The notes under the pieces: generated by a model | The model's input: the letters and a program-made list of their open reading frames with translations, nothing else | Told to the model about the DNA's origin: nothing | The model's database searches: none | Assembly: GCA_051362555.1 (NCBI GenBank) | Contig: CM120641.1 | Coordinates: 35,656,401-35,720,400, forward strand | DNA: 64,000 nt | Reading direction: 5' to 3' | Source of the DNA: Lingula anatina | Taxonomy: Eukaryota > Animalia > Brachiopoda | Shown: piece by piece, positions 13,048 through 26,247 of the stretch | Position numbering within the stretch: the stretch's first letter is position 1 | Layout: every line of letters begins with the position of its first letter | Program-made: the position numbers and the translations under genes

Positions 13048-14617
13048 TATACTGGTATTATATATAGTATTGGTACGCCTTTGGTCCATTACCTAAAATT
13101 ATTCAGTTGTAAGAGGCCATTTATACCAATAGTCTTTCACATCTTAGGAAAAGTTACTTCAGTTACAATACAATATTCTACATGTAAGTGTGTCAGATAT
13201 TACAATGATGGAATTTACACATATTGGCATCCTTCATGTATTTATACCTTTCAAAAGTGAATTCAGTCCATTTACAACCTACCCACTGTGATATTACCTA
13301 TATTTACAGTGAATTATTTACGATTATTAACAGTTTTAAATCATAACACTTACATTTCACACAGACATAAGAGTAAAAGAATAAGATTACAACAGGTAAG
13401 TTTTAATTATAAGCTTTAACATCAAGCAATGGACTAATTGATGGTCCAGTATTTGTTATTAAATCAAAAAGAGATTTTTTTTACTAAACAGGGATGCGCT
13501 GTGTGTTTTTATATATCAACAAATCATATACTCGAGAAAGTATGTAATCAAATGACAATGATATTGCTGTGATGCCTAAATAGATGTATGCTGAATAGTT
13601 TGTCCTGTTAGATGTAGTAGGGCGCTACTCTAAGTGCTTTTTATATCCTTGTGCCATTGTGACGGTGCAAGAACTGTTAAACTTTGCCATACTTATTGAT
13701 GATTTTATCTGACCCTTTGAGGTGTGAAGGTTGGTATACAAACAGTATTGACCCATCAACTCCGAGCCAATATTTTACGGGCCACCATAGGGCCATGTGA
13801 GGAACCAGCATGTACTGATCTCTCAACTCTGCAGGCTGATCGCAGCCTCAGTGTCTGTTTGGCTAGCTTTGAACTGAACATTGCATTTTCAGAATTAAGG
13901 TCTGCTTTTATCTCTAAACTTTGACTTATCATTGGGTTGTGAAGGTACCCAGCAGGCCAACACCAAACAGTAAGTTGTATCCGTCCGTCCACAGCACAGG
14001 CTTGACCAAATATGGACTTATTGATGGTCCAATATTTGGCTAAATGCAGAGTAGGAGGAGCCAAAAATATGTTGTGCTGGAATTCCAAATACACATTTTT
14101 TTCCATATTTATACGGATATTTATTGTTGGTAGTCACTTATAATTAGAGGTATATTTTTGAGATGTCAGTTTGTATGTATGAAATGATGAAACTAATACA
14201 TGGAGTATTCTCTGCCATGTTTTAAAACAAATTTACAGAGTATAAGCAACTTATATGTGTATACACCTTTATTGGTGAGGATACTGTACGTTTTAAGTGT
14301 TTACATTCTTGTGAAATGTGATAAGTATCAAAGTGAAACTATTTATATATGTGTGTGCAAGTCTGCATATCATGCTTCTATTTTCTGTTATTTACAATTT
14401 ATTACTCACCCATTTTTCAGGTGATATCATTTTCTCTCGTAAGACGTAAGACGTAATATAAGTGTACATTTTAACTGTATTTGAACGTAAAGCGTTTCAA
14501 CATCAAAAGGTTCTTTCAACATTTGGTTGTTAGATTTGTGTGAAGACAGTTGCTGGCAACTTTTCTGTACAAACATTCCTTTTTACAAGTCTGTGTTATC
14601 CATTTCGCATAGATATC

Positions 14618-14623
14618 AATAAA
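14618..14623 (+). terminator. Candidate polyadenylation signal of the calpain gene
   Basis: AATAAA about 1.57 kb after the stop codon, followed by GT/T-rich sequence (gtctgttttatttgtcc). Confidence 0.45.
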
Positions 14624-14718
14624 GGTATTTTTGAAAAGTCTGTTTTATTTGTCCTTTTAAAAACTTAAAATCATGGTGAAAGTAAATAGAGAAGCCCAAG
14701 TAGTTTTATGACATTTCA

Positions 14719-14724
14719 TTTATT
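14719..14724 (-). terminator. Candidate polyadenylation signal of the SPPL2 gene
   Basis: tttatt on + (AATAAA on -) about 1.1 kb past the SPPL2 stop. A second candidate lies at 14644-14649. Confidence 0.35.
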
Positions 14725-15799
14725 TTCAAGTTAATGTCATTCCCCCCAAAAATTAACAATAATCCAACCTCTCAACATAAAGGATGTAGATAACATTGCC
14801 CCAACCATATTTATTTCTGATCAACATTTTTACACAAATATAGGTCTTTTTTTTTTACAAATGTATCCGAGTAATCTATAAATATTTTAAATACGCACAG
14901 CTTAGAAACTAACAGTAACAGAAACTAACAGACATTTATACCACATTTACTTCTTCCTTAATTCATACATAAACAGTGCTTGTATATCCTTATACAATAG
15001 TCATGAAAATGTACCTCCCATCTCTAAACAATGCGTGAGGAGCATTTATAGCAGTTAGAAATGTAATACCACCTGGCATTTTTCGAATGATTCAGACATT
15101 ACATAGTATATTACAAGAAAGCATAAAGATAAACTTAAATGCATGCTAACAAACTTAAGTAGAACATTTTGCAAGATGGAAAATTAATTGAATCAATAAA
15201 TGAAGGAGTAAGATGTACATATATGGCACAAAATCAAGAAAAACATTTGTGGCAAAAAATGAAACAAGGTGCATAGCTTGTAACAAACTCATTTTCGTAA
15301 ATAGTTTGCATGCTTGGATACGGTAATATAGTGGTCATTTAAAGCACACAAGAGAACCATAATGCCATTCCATAATATCACACCTAAATATCCAGACTTC
15401 TGCATAAAATGCTTGAACAATATAACATTATTATATAAGAAAATAAGTTTATTTTAGCCTACAGAATAATGCTAGAAAACTGGCTATGAATTGATTATTA
15501 TAAATATTTTTCATTTTCTTTCGACAAAGTTCTCTCTCTTTTAACAAACTGAAAGTATAATAAAAACATGATTCAAAAAATCTTTTTACTTGTATTGTTA
15601 CTCAGTGGTTAATATTTCAGCAATTAATTTGTATTTTTAATAATCATTTTTAACGTTCTTGTGGTAAAAATTTATGGCAGGAAATATTCTTAAAAAGAAA
15701 CTTTTGTACTAGAAAAGTCAGTGAGCAGTACAAGGAAATATACATATTATCAGCTTCATGTATCCCTGTATTTTAATATATTTTGACATTTTAAATTTA

Positions 15800-18700
15800 T
15801 CAGGCTGTGTGTTTTAAGAGAGTTCTGGTCTCATCTTCACTAAGATTATCTTGGTGACATTCTCCCTCAGTGCCTTCTCCATCTGGTTCTTGAATGGAAT
15901 TCTGAGGAGCACCATTTGTTTTCTTAAAACAAAAATATATATAAATATACATTTATGATACAGAAAATATCAAATTCAGGAAAAAAAGTTACCATTAAAA
16001 TCCCATGAATGAAAGCAAAAACTGTTTTACACAAAAAAATCCTCCATTTGTTCCATTATGTAACAACATTTACTCAAACAGTTTTAAATTCACAACCAAA
16101 AGGCAAAGTGGTTGCTAAAAAAAACGTATGTGATAAACTGGAAAGTGGGGGTGGGGATGCAAGCTAGTATGAGAAGGAAAAAAGGCTAAATATGCCACTT
16201 TATTATTAAAAGCAGTAGCTCCCCTTCCCAAAAATCTATATGTAACAGTGGCTGTAATAAATGATGTGCAAAGCTGGAGTCTTTCGTTATGTATTTGCAA
16301 ATTATCAATCTTCTCTCCAGAATGTCAAACAAGCCATTAATCAACATTCTTTGGATTATGTGATTGGTATTTAGCACAGGTTGAAAGTTGAACTGCTATA
16401 GTGATAGCTTGGTAGGAGCAGACAAAGTGTTAGCTGTGGCAAAATACAACAGATCCCACTGGAAAATTATCTTAGAAGTAGCCATTCAGAGACACAAAAA
16501 AAGATATTTAGATAAGCCTGTATGAAATACAATGTTTAAAGCGTGAATGTAGGTTAAAATGTGGAAACTAGAACAGTTTGAAACTGTGGTGACAGCAACT
16601 AACCACAAAGAAGTTAAGAATATCAATGCATGTGACTATTCACCAGATCCCCTTTCCATAGATGACGTAGCTCTCCCCTGGCCCAGCCAATCACAACAGT
16701 TGTCCCAACTGTGCAAGGTACAAGGTACAGCAATGCAGGTTGGCCAATTTCCATAAATGCCAGAGCCATAAAACATATGATGAGCCCCAATCCATAAGCT
16801 GCAAAGAAAATCAAAATTGTAATTAAAACAAATTTTGTTGAAATTAGTGAGATGTGAACAAATTTTGTTAAAAAGGCATAAAAAACAATTTACATTTCCC
16901 TCTTTATTCATCCTTGACTTGGATTTATACATGCTACTGGACATTTATCATTATCCTACTGTATATCTGCACTACAAATTTTAAATATAATTTTTTTGGT
17001 TTTAAGAAGGCAAGTTGAAGACCTACCAAATATATGAATTACTTACCAATAGTTGTGGAAATAAAATATATTCTTTTGCTTTGGACTTTCAAATCAAATG
17101 CATAACAGTATGCTACAAGCAGTCCTGGAATATAAAATATATGAAGCTCAGGGTAGTTTTAATCCATCATCTATTTGTATCCATGATACTATATTATGTA
17201 ACATCCAAAAAATAACAAATTCCATATTGGCCAAACTTTGTTTCATTCAGGATGAATGCCAGAAACCTATGATAGCCTATGCACATTCTGTCAATAGCTT
17301 AAATAAGCATTACTTTGAAATACTGCACTGATATAATGCTCATATGACTTGTTGCATTTTTCTTGTGAAAAAATGCTTTCAGTGCCATATTAGTATGCAC
17401 AGATAAATATTAATGGTAACCACCTATAAAAATGATAAAAAGGTAGCAAAAAAATAATGTTGATAATGTACTCAATTAACCATTCAGATAATCATCATAC
17501 CTGGTACAATGATGTCTCCAAACCCAAGTAATGAGTATGGAGAAAGTACTGGACAAATGTTGGTATATTCAGATGTAGACAAGTGAGGTATCTTCAAAAC
17601 CATTGGAAGCTAAAATAAGCAATTGAGGCAATAATGTTAGAATTGCCTTTATCTGATCTTGTTTTTGAATGTCTGGTAGTTAGGCAATTATTAATCATTC
17701 AATGTTAGAGTTTTATAGAATCTGATATACTGGTCAGGCTGAGACAGACCTGCTCTCCTGTGCGACTACTGCCTCCAGTGGCGACATCTACCATAATGCT
17801 GTCCCCTGACTGGAAAAATAATTGAAAGAGAAATAACTTTTTCATAAGTAAGAATAGCAACTTCATATATTACTATAAATGCTACAAGTTGGTTTAAGTC
17901 ATTACCCCAAAACAAAAAGAACTTATTAAACACGAGCGGGCAGGGAGACACACATACACACACATAGGGGCACAGACAGACAATTTTGGTTTGAATCCAA
18001 ATCATAATTAAATAATATAAAAAGAAGACACTGAGAAAATGCTTTGATCAAATACATTGAAATACAGACTTACCTTAGTCAGAAGAGGAGTGATGAAGAC
18101 AAAGAACACATCATATAGCAACAATAACCCCAACAGAATTACACAACCCTAAAATTTAAAAAAAAATCATGATTATCATAGTCATTTTTCATACCAAGAA
18201 TGTAAATATCAAGATTATCAGTGTGACAATAAAATTCCATTTACACCACTTATTTAATTCAAATGCTCTAGAGGTACTGTATTTAGTATTTGGTCCCAGT
18301 TCTACAGTAACACTGATGTCAACTAGTCTTAAATGATTACAGTGTGGACCCAGGGAGGGGGAGGGGAGAGAAAGGTTGGGGGTCTTTATCTTGTTGAGGT
18401 CAGAATGTTTTTCATGAGCAATCAGTGAAGCTATAGAAGCAGCTCAGAAATCTGTTTTAAACATGACTGAGTAGCAGGTGCTGGTCAGAAGTTAAAAGTG
18501 GTGCAATATGTTTGGTGTGATATATATATTGGGAGGATTGCAAGGTAGTACTTACCATAAAATGTGGCAGTCTTACAGTTTTCAACATATTGATGCAAAA
18601 GGCAACCCCAAGGATATCTTGAAAGATCCAAGCATAACTACAAAAATAGTAAATTTAGCAAATTTGTGCTCTGTTTAACGCTGAAAAAATTCCAGTTATG

Positions 18701-19679
18701 TGATGAGAAGTAAATGTCTCAAACTATGAATTTCAACTTGAAATGAATCATTTATGTGATTAAGTGTGTTTCGAGGAAACAAATTATGATAAGTTATGGA
18801 TAAACTCTTTATCTATTAAATTTACTTGGACAAAAAAGTTTTGTGTTGACATATACTACTAGATGGAGTACCACATATCAATGAGTTGGATGTCATACTG
18901 CATGAACATAGAAGACATTGCAGATGTTTGTACCTTGGGTTTTCACCAATGTGCTAATAGTAATGTTTACCTTGCTTTTCTCTCTATGGCCCAGAATATC
19001 CCCAGTCCTAAACATGCAATGGCTAGTATTATTGCACGGATCTCTGGTTGATACTTAAATACAGGGAGATTATTTGGTGGAATCCTAAAAGAAAAAAATA
19101 TAACAAACTTCAAATAATCAATATCATTATCCACTATCGCATGACCAGGGCCTTAAATTCATTGAAACATCAACTATTTCGAATTTAAACTAAAACATGA
19201 CTGTGTAACTAACTAATAACTTCAGTGGTTTTAGTTTCCTGTTAGAAAAGCTTCCTAGGTATGTTCTCTACCTCCGAATAAAACACTTCACAAGACACAC
19301 ACACACACACATGCACTTACCTACAATTTCCTAAAGATGTCTTAGACATAAGTGCCTCTAAACAGAAGTACAATCCACATGATGAAGCTATGACAAACAA
19401 CCCAATCAGCACGTATACTGAAAGTTATTAAATATAGTTCAGAAATAAGTCTTTAGGAACAATATATACATTATATATTGTGATAGGTTAGAACAGTGCA
19501 TTAGATACAGAAGGATATTTGTTTAAAAAGTATGGCATCTACATCCTTTGAAGAAAACTTGAGTGTGATTTCTGTCTTCAACTACTAATCCATTACTCAT
19601 ATCAGTTCAATCTATATTTTAAAAATCTTTACACAAAATGTTACTCAAACATAATCAGTTACCCTTTATATCACAAACT

Positions 19680-19729
<50 letters not shown>

Positions 19730-21337
19730 TCTTTTTTTTTTAGTTTTGTGGCAGTCAAGCAACTTACCAAGATAGTCATAGAGAAAATACAATGCCACTA
19801 TCATACCACACATCAGAACCACAAATATCAGGATAACTTTAGGTGACAGATCAAACGTGTCATCCTCCTCCTCAGATCTTTGACCTTCCACATCTTCCTC
19901 ACTGCTGCGGCTTTTTTTCCGTCTGGAATACAAATCAAATTCTAACAGAAACGAACTCTTCATATTTTTCAGAGAGTTAATATTCTGATTAGTGTGACAA
20001 CACATACGAAAAAAAAGACTTATTACCAGAGTTACAATTTATTCAAGACTTTACAAAATATGTCATTAACACTGTAAGACAGGTACAGGTGCTCTGCTGT
20101 CACATGTAAAACAGTCTTCCACACCAAACACTGCTGCATTATCCAAAGCTGCCCTAACAATCCATTCCAATTCTATCACACCCACGCACTTACTGTTTGT
20201 GTTTTGTTCTTCCTGACCATTCAGCCCCAATGACCAATGTCCCCACAGCTAAAGTCCAGATGATGAACATGTTGTAGTCTACTTTTGGCCCATCTGGGGA
20301 ATACAGCCATACACTCAAATTGGACCCTAGTGTCTGCAAGAAAATAAAAAACCCTCTGACAAAGACGCAATAATATCTCACACCTATGCCAACATCCACC
20401 AGCCACACACACATACATGCACATGCATGCACATACTCACACACAAATACACACACTTGCAGATACATGCATATATGCCTTTTTACAAACATTTCAGTTC
20501 CCACCCTGCACATATGCATACAGTGAAAACTATTTCACCTCTACACTCAATCTATCAAAGAAGTGTGGAAACTTACAATATTTCAGTGCACTGTGCTTTT
20601 TCTCTATTGAGATATCAAATAAAAAGAATTCATTACAAAACAATATTAAGTATAATTTAAAAATCATACCAATATCACTTATTTTCCTTACCTTAATTTG
20701 CTCATAATCATTGTGACGTATAATAGCAACTGCTATAGATATGGAATCATAATCAGATTTGTTAGCAGCTGAAGGCTGGTCCTGCAATAAAATCATAACA
20801 CCAAGATCCATGAAAAGAATAATGTAAAGTTAAAGCATGTCAATAAATCAAAATGATAATGATAATAAATTGAATACCAGTATAATAGAAATAAGGTTTT
20901 TCCAATGAAACATTATTCAAACTCTCCTTTGTTTGCTTTCATTCAGAAAGTTTGGACATTCCATGTCCCCCTTATTGTGTCATATTAGTTTAAATTCATT
21001 AATATGTATATTGTAAATAATCTGTATATGCACCATATGCAAAACAATACAAACAAATCAGATGACACCCAAAGGTGGTCACTCACCAAATTCTGCTCCT
21101 TGCTGACCACCAGGGCTGTCCTACCTTGATGGCCCTGGACAATCCTGGCTTTCTCACTAAATGTACAGTTGCCTCTCTGGACAGCCACACACTTACTGTA
21201 CATGTTTGGGAAGGTGCCATCCTCACAGAGTATTTGTGGCATCAAATCAAGAAAAGGTTCTCTCAACTGAAAGAGTAAATGATTTATCATGTACGTCTCT
21301 ATGATTCTAAGACATTTCATAATGAGCAGCTCCCCCT

Positions 21338-21376
<39 letters not shown>

Positions 21377-21502
21377 ATAGTATATGCTTAAAAATCAAAT
21401 GTTACAAACTGGAAATATTTTATGAAACCGAAGGCCACTTAAGCCTACTAAGTACCCTGTCCATCAAATTTGCACTTTTTAACTAGCACCTCCATCATTA
21501 TT

Positions 21503-21533
<31 letters not shown>

Positions 21534-22914
21534 TTTGTTTGTTTGGGGGGGGTATGCTCATAAGGAAAACAGTGTTCAGATAGTACTGACTCTATGTTCA
21601 GTTCTAGGTCTATGGTACAACTGTATCAACAATAACTGTAAACTTTTTGTTGTATGCAGACTGTGAGTTCATGTGGTGGTGATATGATATAGCTTTTAAC
21701 AAATATATTATTTGGAATATCAAGGTCACACATACAGTGAGGTACTTGCAGCCTTTGGGACCATACCTAATAAATCTCTCTTTTAACCTTTGATCAAGCT
21801 GATTTTCAAGTGTACAGCTAACTCTTAGCAAACATGAAATGTATTATTCAGATCCATGTATGCAGGTCAAGTGTATCATTTAAACTTCTGCATATTGTAG
21901 CTTTAAACGATGCAGTTGCTTCCAGACGCAATTTGCAACCACTGTTGTTGTGAACTATATAGCTTAAAAGCTCAGTGTTTGAAGTTTTATAGTAATAGTA
22001 ATATAACTTATTTGAGCATTTGGCCAAATTCCAATTAAATAGCTAAAATATCTGACCAACACATTTAAAGAGGTAGCATGATTTGTATAAGAATGTTTTT
22101 CCAGTAAGGCAAAAAATTTAGTAATGAAAAATTATATTATATAAAATTTTTAAAAAATGCCCACAACTTACTGCTTCCTCTCTTGTCTTAGGTAATTCAT
22201 GAAAACCAGGATTGTATGCAACACAAAATAAGCCTGAAGATGTTGAGTCTTTATCATTCTGTGCATACAGTAGTCCTAGATCTGCTTGAACCTACAAATT
22301 TAAATATTTTAAAATTAAATACTTCACCAAGAAAAATTAATTATATCTTGTACATTGTACTTTGATGAAGGCTAACCAACTTATTACTGCATAATTTCCA
22401 TTTCAATGAGCAGGAAACAACTAACTGATATGTTTAACTTTATAAATAGATCTATTTGAAGACAGCATGCATGTCCCAATGTACAGTGTCCCAATGTACA
22501 TGTTGTAGAGGTGTTTTACTGGTATCCCGGCTCCTCCGCGCACCTCATTTCTAATCATCCAACAACGCCGGAAACATTTCATTTATCCATTAAAACCCCG
22601 AAGCTTTCCCCTAGTTTCGGTTTTGCAAGTTGCCAGTACATGTCCACGTACATGTACTTGTACAATGAAAATATAATGACTAATGACGTACCATGAACAG
22701 TGTACATGTACTAGTAAAGCTGAAACCTGAGGCAAGATTTCAGCAAAAAACTCAACATTGTTTTTGTAAAGTATATTGTAAAGTTAGAGTTAACAGTCAT
22801 ATTTAACACGAATGATACCTGATTGCTGAGACAAAGAAGGTAAATTACAACAACAACCACATTTCTAGTAGCTTTCACCCCAAACGACTGGAACGAGGAA
22901 GACATTGTTGACAT
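15800..22914 (-). CDS. SPPL2B: Signal peptide peptidase-like 2 (SPPL2A/B-type GxGD intramembrane aspartyl protease with lumenal PA domain), about 557 aa
   Basis: Fifteen phase-consistent exons on -: 22819-22914, 22172-22291, 21087-21266, 20692-20781, 20194-20333, 19768-19922, 19321-19417, 18971-19084, 18556-18637, 18074-18148, 17750-17809, 17501-17609, 17047-17124, 16644-16798, 15800-15922 (1674 nt). Signal-peptide-like N-terminus, PA domain (VAVQRGNCTFSEKARIVQ), catalytic LLYDVFFVF and LGFGDIIVPG, and the GQPALLYLVP motif are all intact. The start could also be the second Met (M4). Confidence 0.93.
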
Positions 22915-22957
22915 CTCTCAATATCTCGCATCTTTTCACGAGAATACAAAGATGGCG
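22915..22957. promoter_or_regulatory. Very compact bidirectional promoter region shared by SPPL2 and LSM7, with a YY1-like site
   Basis: Only 37 nt lie between the divergent ATGs (22912-22914 on -, 22952-22954 on +). AAGATGGCG (YY1 core) at 22949-22957 overlaps the LSM7 start. CpG is locally retained. Confidence 0.65.
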
Positions 22958-25196
22958 CAGGTGCGTGAGTCCCACGTTTTTTGTTTTGTGGCGATACCGC
23001 GTGTGTTCTGTTCATATTAGTACTGCGGTTTGTTAGTGTGAGGATAATTGTCAAGATTAAATGTTTGAAAAGCTAATTATACTTAATGGTGTGTCCCTGA
23101 AGTTCAAAGTTTAATACCAAAACCAATAACCAACCGGTTCCAGTGAAGCTGGGTCTCGACAAATCGGTGATATTTGACAGTACTCCCGTTGTGACAGGAA
23201 TGGTAGCCTGCTAGTCCGTTCCCCATTACTTTTCACGGGTGACATTCGTCTCATATACTAACCCCAATACTTCTACTAACCCTAACCTGTACTAATCATA
23301 TGGGACCCCGGACTTTCATTCCTAGGACTACCATTCCTGTCAGAACGGCAGTATTAGTTTTGTATATATGGGCATGATTATACCACCACTTACCCAAATT
23401 ATTGTGTTGTCACCAGTCGATTTCTGTTTGTTATAATATGTGGGTACATAATTTAACAACATGTTACACGTTTTCTCTCCAGCAAGGGCAGGGTCAAGGG
23501 GATCAGAGGGAGAAGAAGAAAAAGGAAAGCATATTAGATTTGAGCAAGTATTTAGAAAAACCCATCAGAGTAAAGTTCAGTGGAGGACGAGAAGGTAAGT
23601 TTGATGGTGCAATTCCAATATAGCTTAACATGTAGATATTTTTTGAGGTACAGGGCTGTGAATCTGTTGTGCAATCTGTATTTTTATGGCTGAAATTTCA
23701 GCACAGCTACATGTAGCACGAAAATTCATGCGTTAGCACTCCTATTGACGAATCTGATATGTACTGTCTGTGCTAACGCATGAAAGCAAAGGCCTCAAAA
23801 AGTTGGAAATGAAAACCGGTTGCCAAACCAGCCGCGGTGTAACAGCTCTCATATTTTTATTTTTTATCTCATCTCCTCAACACGTACATTACTGTGAAGC
23901 CAGATAGTACATATCAGAATCGCCAAAAGGAGTGCTAACGCATGAATTTCATGCTAAGCTATATGCATCAACAGGGTTGCTAAGATCGTGATACATTGTA
24001 CACTTCACTCTGGCAAAACTTGACCTCTGGGTGTAATATTAAGTACTAGTATGTGATACTCGGTGGACTGGTTTTTACAGAGGTGTCTGCTTCTGGTCTG
24101 TTGGCTATCTGGTAAATATGTGAACGAGGATAGGTGATACAGTCAGTGTAGCAGAAGAATAGCCTCTCAAATCCAAAAGCCATATGCTATGTTTCTGCAT
24201 GTTTTTTTGTGTATATCTTTTAGGCACATGTCATTAATTATTTAATGATAAATTTATAATAAATTAATTACTAGTTTATTTAGTCAACATTAAGATGCTT
24301 TCATCTTAATTTTGTAATAAAAAATTCTTTTCTCCTTCCACCTTAGAAATAATACATAATGGTAAACATAATGTAGTTCTTTGCCTTACTTTTTATGTGA
24401 GATAAATCCTTTATTATATTTTTCAGCCAGTGGAATTCTGAAAGGGTTTGATCCTCTTCTTAATTTAGTATTGGATGGCACAACAGAATACCTCAGAGGT
24501 AAGGACAGCATGTTGTATAATGAATGAAAATATTTGGATCACCAAGATTTTTAACAGGCATAAAGGACAATTTTCTGTATCAAATTAGGTTAGGTTTTGC
24601 TGTTATACATTTGAATATACATGTACCATGTAAAATACCATTAAATTTAATTGATATTTTAAAAAAGCAACTGTTACAACAATATTTGAAATCATAATTG
24701 GTACAGACAGTAAATATGAATATGACCCATTCCCTAGAAATATAAAGAAAGCTTTTGGAGAAAATGTCTGGAGAGTTTTCATGAGCAAATCAGGTGAAAT
24801 GGACAGAAAGGAAAGACATAAAACATCTTACCAAAACCAAGGAAAGACATAAAACATCTTACCAAAACCTTTTATTTTTGTTTAAAGCCACTTTATAGGT
24901 ATGGAAAATGCAACAAAATGTTTTGAAAATATGTTTGATGGCTGTAACAAGAACTTTTTTGGTGATGCAGATGGTTTTTCTTAATAAGTTCAGTAGAGGT
25001 ATTCTACAGCTTTTATTTGGGTGCCCTCTAGTTTACATTTTATTTATGCTTTTCAGACCCAGATGACCCTTTCAAGTTGACAGAAGACAATCGCCATCTA
25101 GGCTTAGTGGTGTGTAGGGGGACATCTGTAGTTTTAATATGTCCCGCTGATGGGATGGAGGCCATACCAAATCCTTTCATACAACAGGACGGCTGA
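22952..25196 (+). CDS. LSM7: U6 snRNA-associated Sm-like protein LSm7, 110 aa
   Basis: Exons 22952-22960, 23483-23594, 24427-24498 and 25057-25196 translate as MAQQGQGQGDQREKKKKESILDLSKYLEKPIRVKFSGGREASGILKGFDPLLNLVLDGTTEYLRDPDDPFKLTEDNRHLGLVVCRGTSVVLICPADGMEAIPNPFIQQDG, which is clearly LSm7. Confidence 0.97.
23190..23345. mobile_element. Short interspersed element with gacaggaatggtag TIRs and a ctaaccctaacc core (inverted second copy at about 44008-44183)
   Basis: TIR pair visible in both copies. The internal sequence aatcatatgggacccc/aggacttt is shared in opposite orientation. Confidence 0.7.
23714..23956. mobile_element. MITE with about 55-bp TIRs in LSM7 intron 2
   Basis: tagcacgaaaattcatgcgttagcactcctattgacgaatctgatatgtact ... 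agtacatatcagaatcgccaaaaggagtgctaacgcatgaatttcatgcta. Confidence 0.8.
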
Positions 25197-26247
25197 TATT
25201 ATACTATAAGTGGATCATATGTTCTAATATACTTGGGTTGATATCTGTATATTTAGACTGAACTATAAGACTGAACCAAGAGATTGTGTGTATGTATAGA
25301 CTGGCTGGAAGAAAATCTCAGTCTTTTGCCCTTGAGTAATGCAATGATATTTTTAAAATAAACATTGACACCATCCATGTGGATATACACTGAATATGAG
25401 CATGTTGCTCTGAGAGGGTTTTGATAGGCATTGCATAGTACATGTAGCAGTCAACTAGACTAGATATGGATGTTGAAAGTGATTTGAAAGCGCTAACTAA
25501 GAATGCTTATGGAGGATATCGCAGACAACCACAGAGCCACCAGCGCATTGTCCGCCACTGTGTTTTCATATAGTAGCATTACCAAATTGACAGAGACATC
25601 TGTAAACTTGGAAGACTGTGTAGTTCATAGACAAGGCAGTGTATTAAGTACCTTCATCGGCAAGTTAAAACCTGTGGAGGTGGTGTAAAATGTCATAAAA
25701 TGGCTAATCCACAGCCAGTACAAAATGTCATTTCAGAATCCTTGTCATTTGAAGCTAGGGGAAGTCGCCCTGGCTTTACATGTGTAAAGATAAAGAGTGT
25801 AGTAAAGTAATTTGTTTTGTAAAACGTGGTTGTATTTGTTTACACAGGATATTTCATATACTTTCGTTTTCCATGGTTGGTGATTACAGTTCAGCTCAGA
25901 AAAAAATGGAATGTTTCAAAAGTTACACTTTTTAACAGCTTAACTGGTTACTTTTTATAACGTTGTCCCTCTTTTATAAATGGATTGTGTTACTCGAACC
26001 AAGAACATAAATTGAATTTTCAACGTCCTTGCTTAAACAAAATGAATGTCAGCTCACTGAGGTATCAACAGACAAAATAGTTTGGTGATTCATTGCAGCA
26101 TGGGGTGTTATCCCCTGTCTAAACAGACTGTGACCACAGAGGTGTCAGCTGTGATACCCTATAATTATCGCTTTTAGCTAGATAGTTACTTATGGAAACA
26201 AGAGGTACACTGTAAAAAAACAGAAAACAATATAGAGCATTCTTTCT

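Noticed and set aside
13724-14106. GC-richer patch with 66- and 116-aa ORFs after the calpain stop
   Set aside because: No recognisable domain and no phase-compatible splice link to either neighbouring gene. Treated as 3' UTR or old repeat.
17190-17285. Possible mutually exclusive alternative to SPPL2 exon 17047-17124
   Set aside because: The candidate reading has no similarity to the real exon and hits a stop before any donor.
19296-19724. (CA)n and (TG)n tracts flanking SPPL2 exon 19321-19417 as another RNA clamp
   Set aside because: The shorter tract is only about 16 nt and CA/TG repeats are frequent in this window, so chance is likely.
22961-22970. Two overlapping donors after LSM7 exon 1 (gtgcgt and gtgagt, 4 nt apart)
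   Set aside because: Only the first keeps frame with the main acceptor. Tandem donors are common and nothing here shows the second is used.
24808-24869. 31-bp direct tandem duplication in LSM7 intron 3
   Set aside because: Ordinary slippage duplication away from splice signals.
25460-25760. Coding-like composition and a 61-aa ORF downstream of LSM7
   Set aside because: Short frames interrupted by stops and no identifiable homology. It could be a decayed fragment but cannot be supported.
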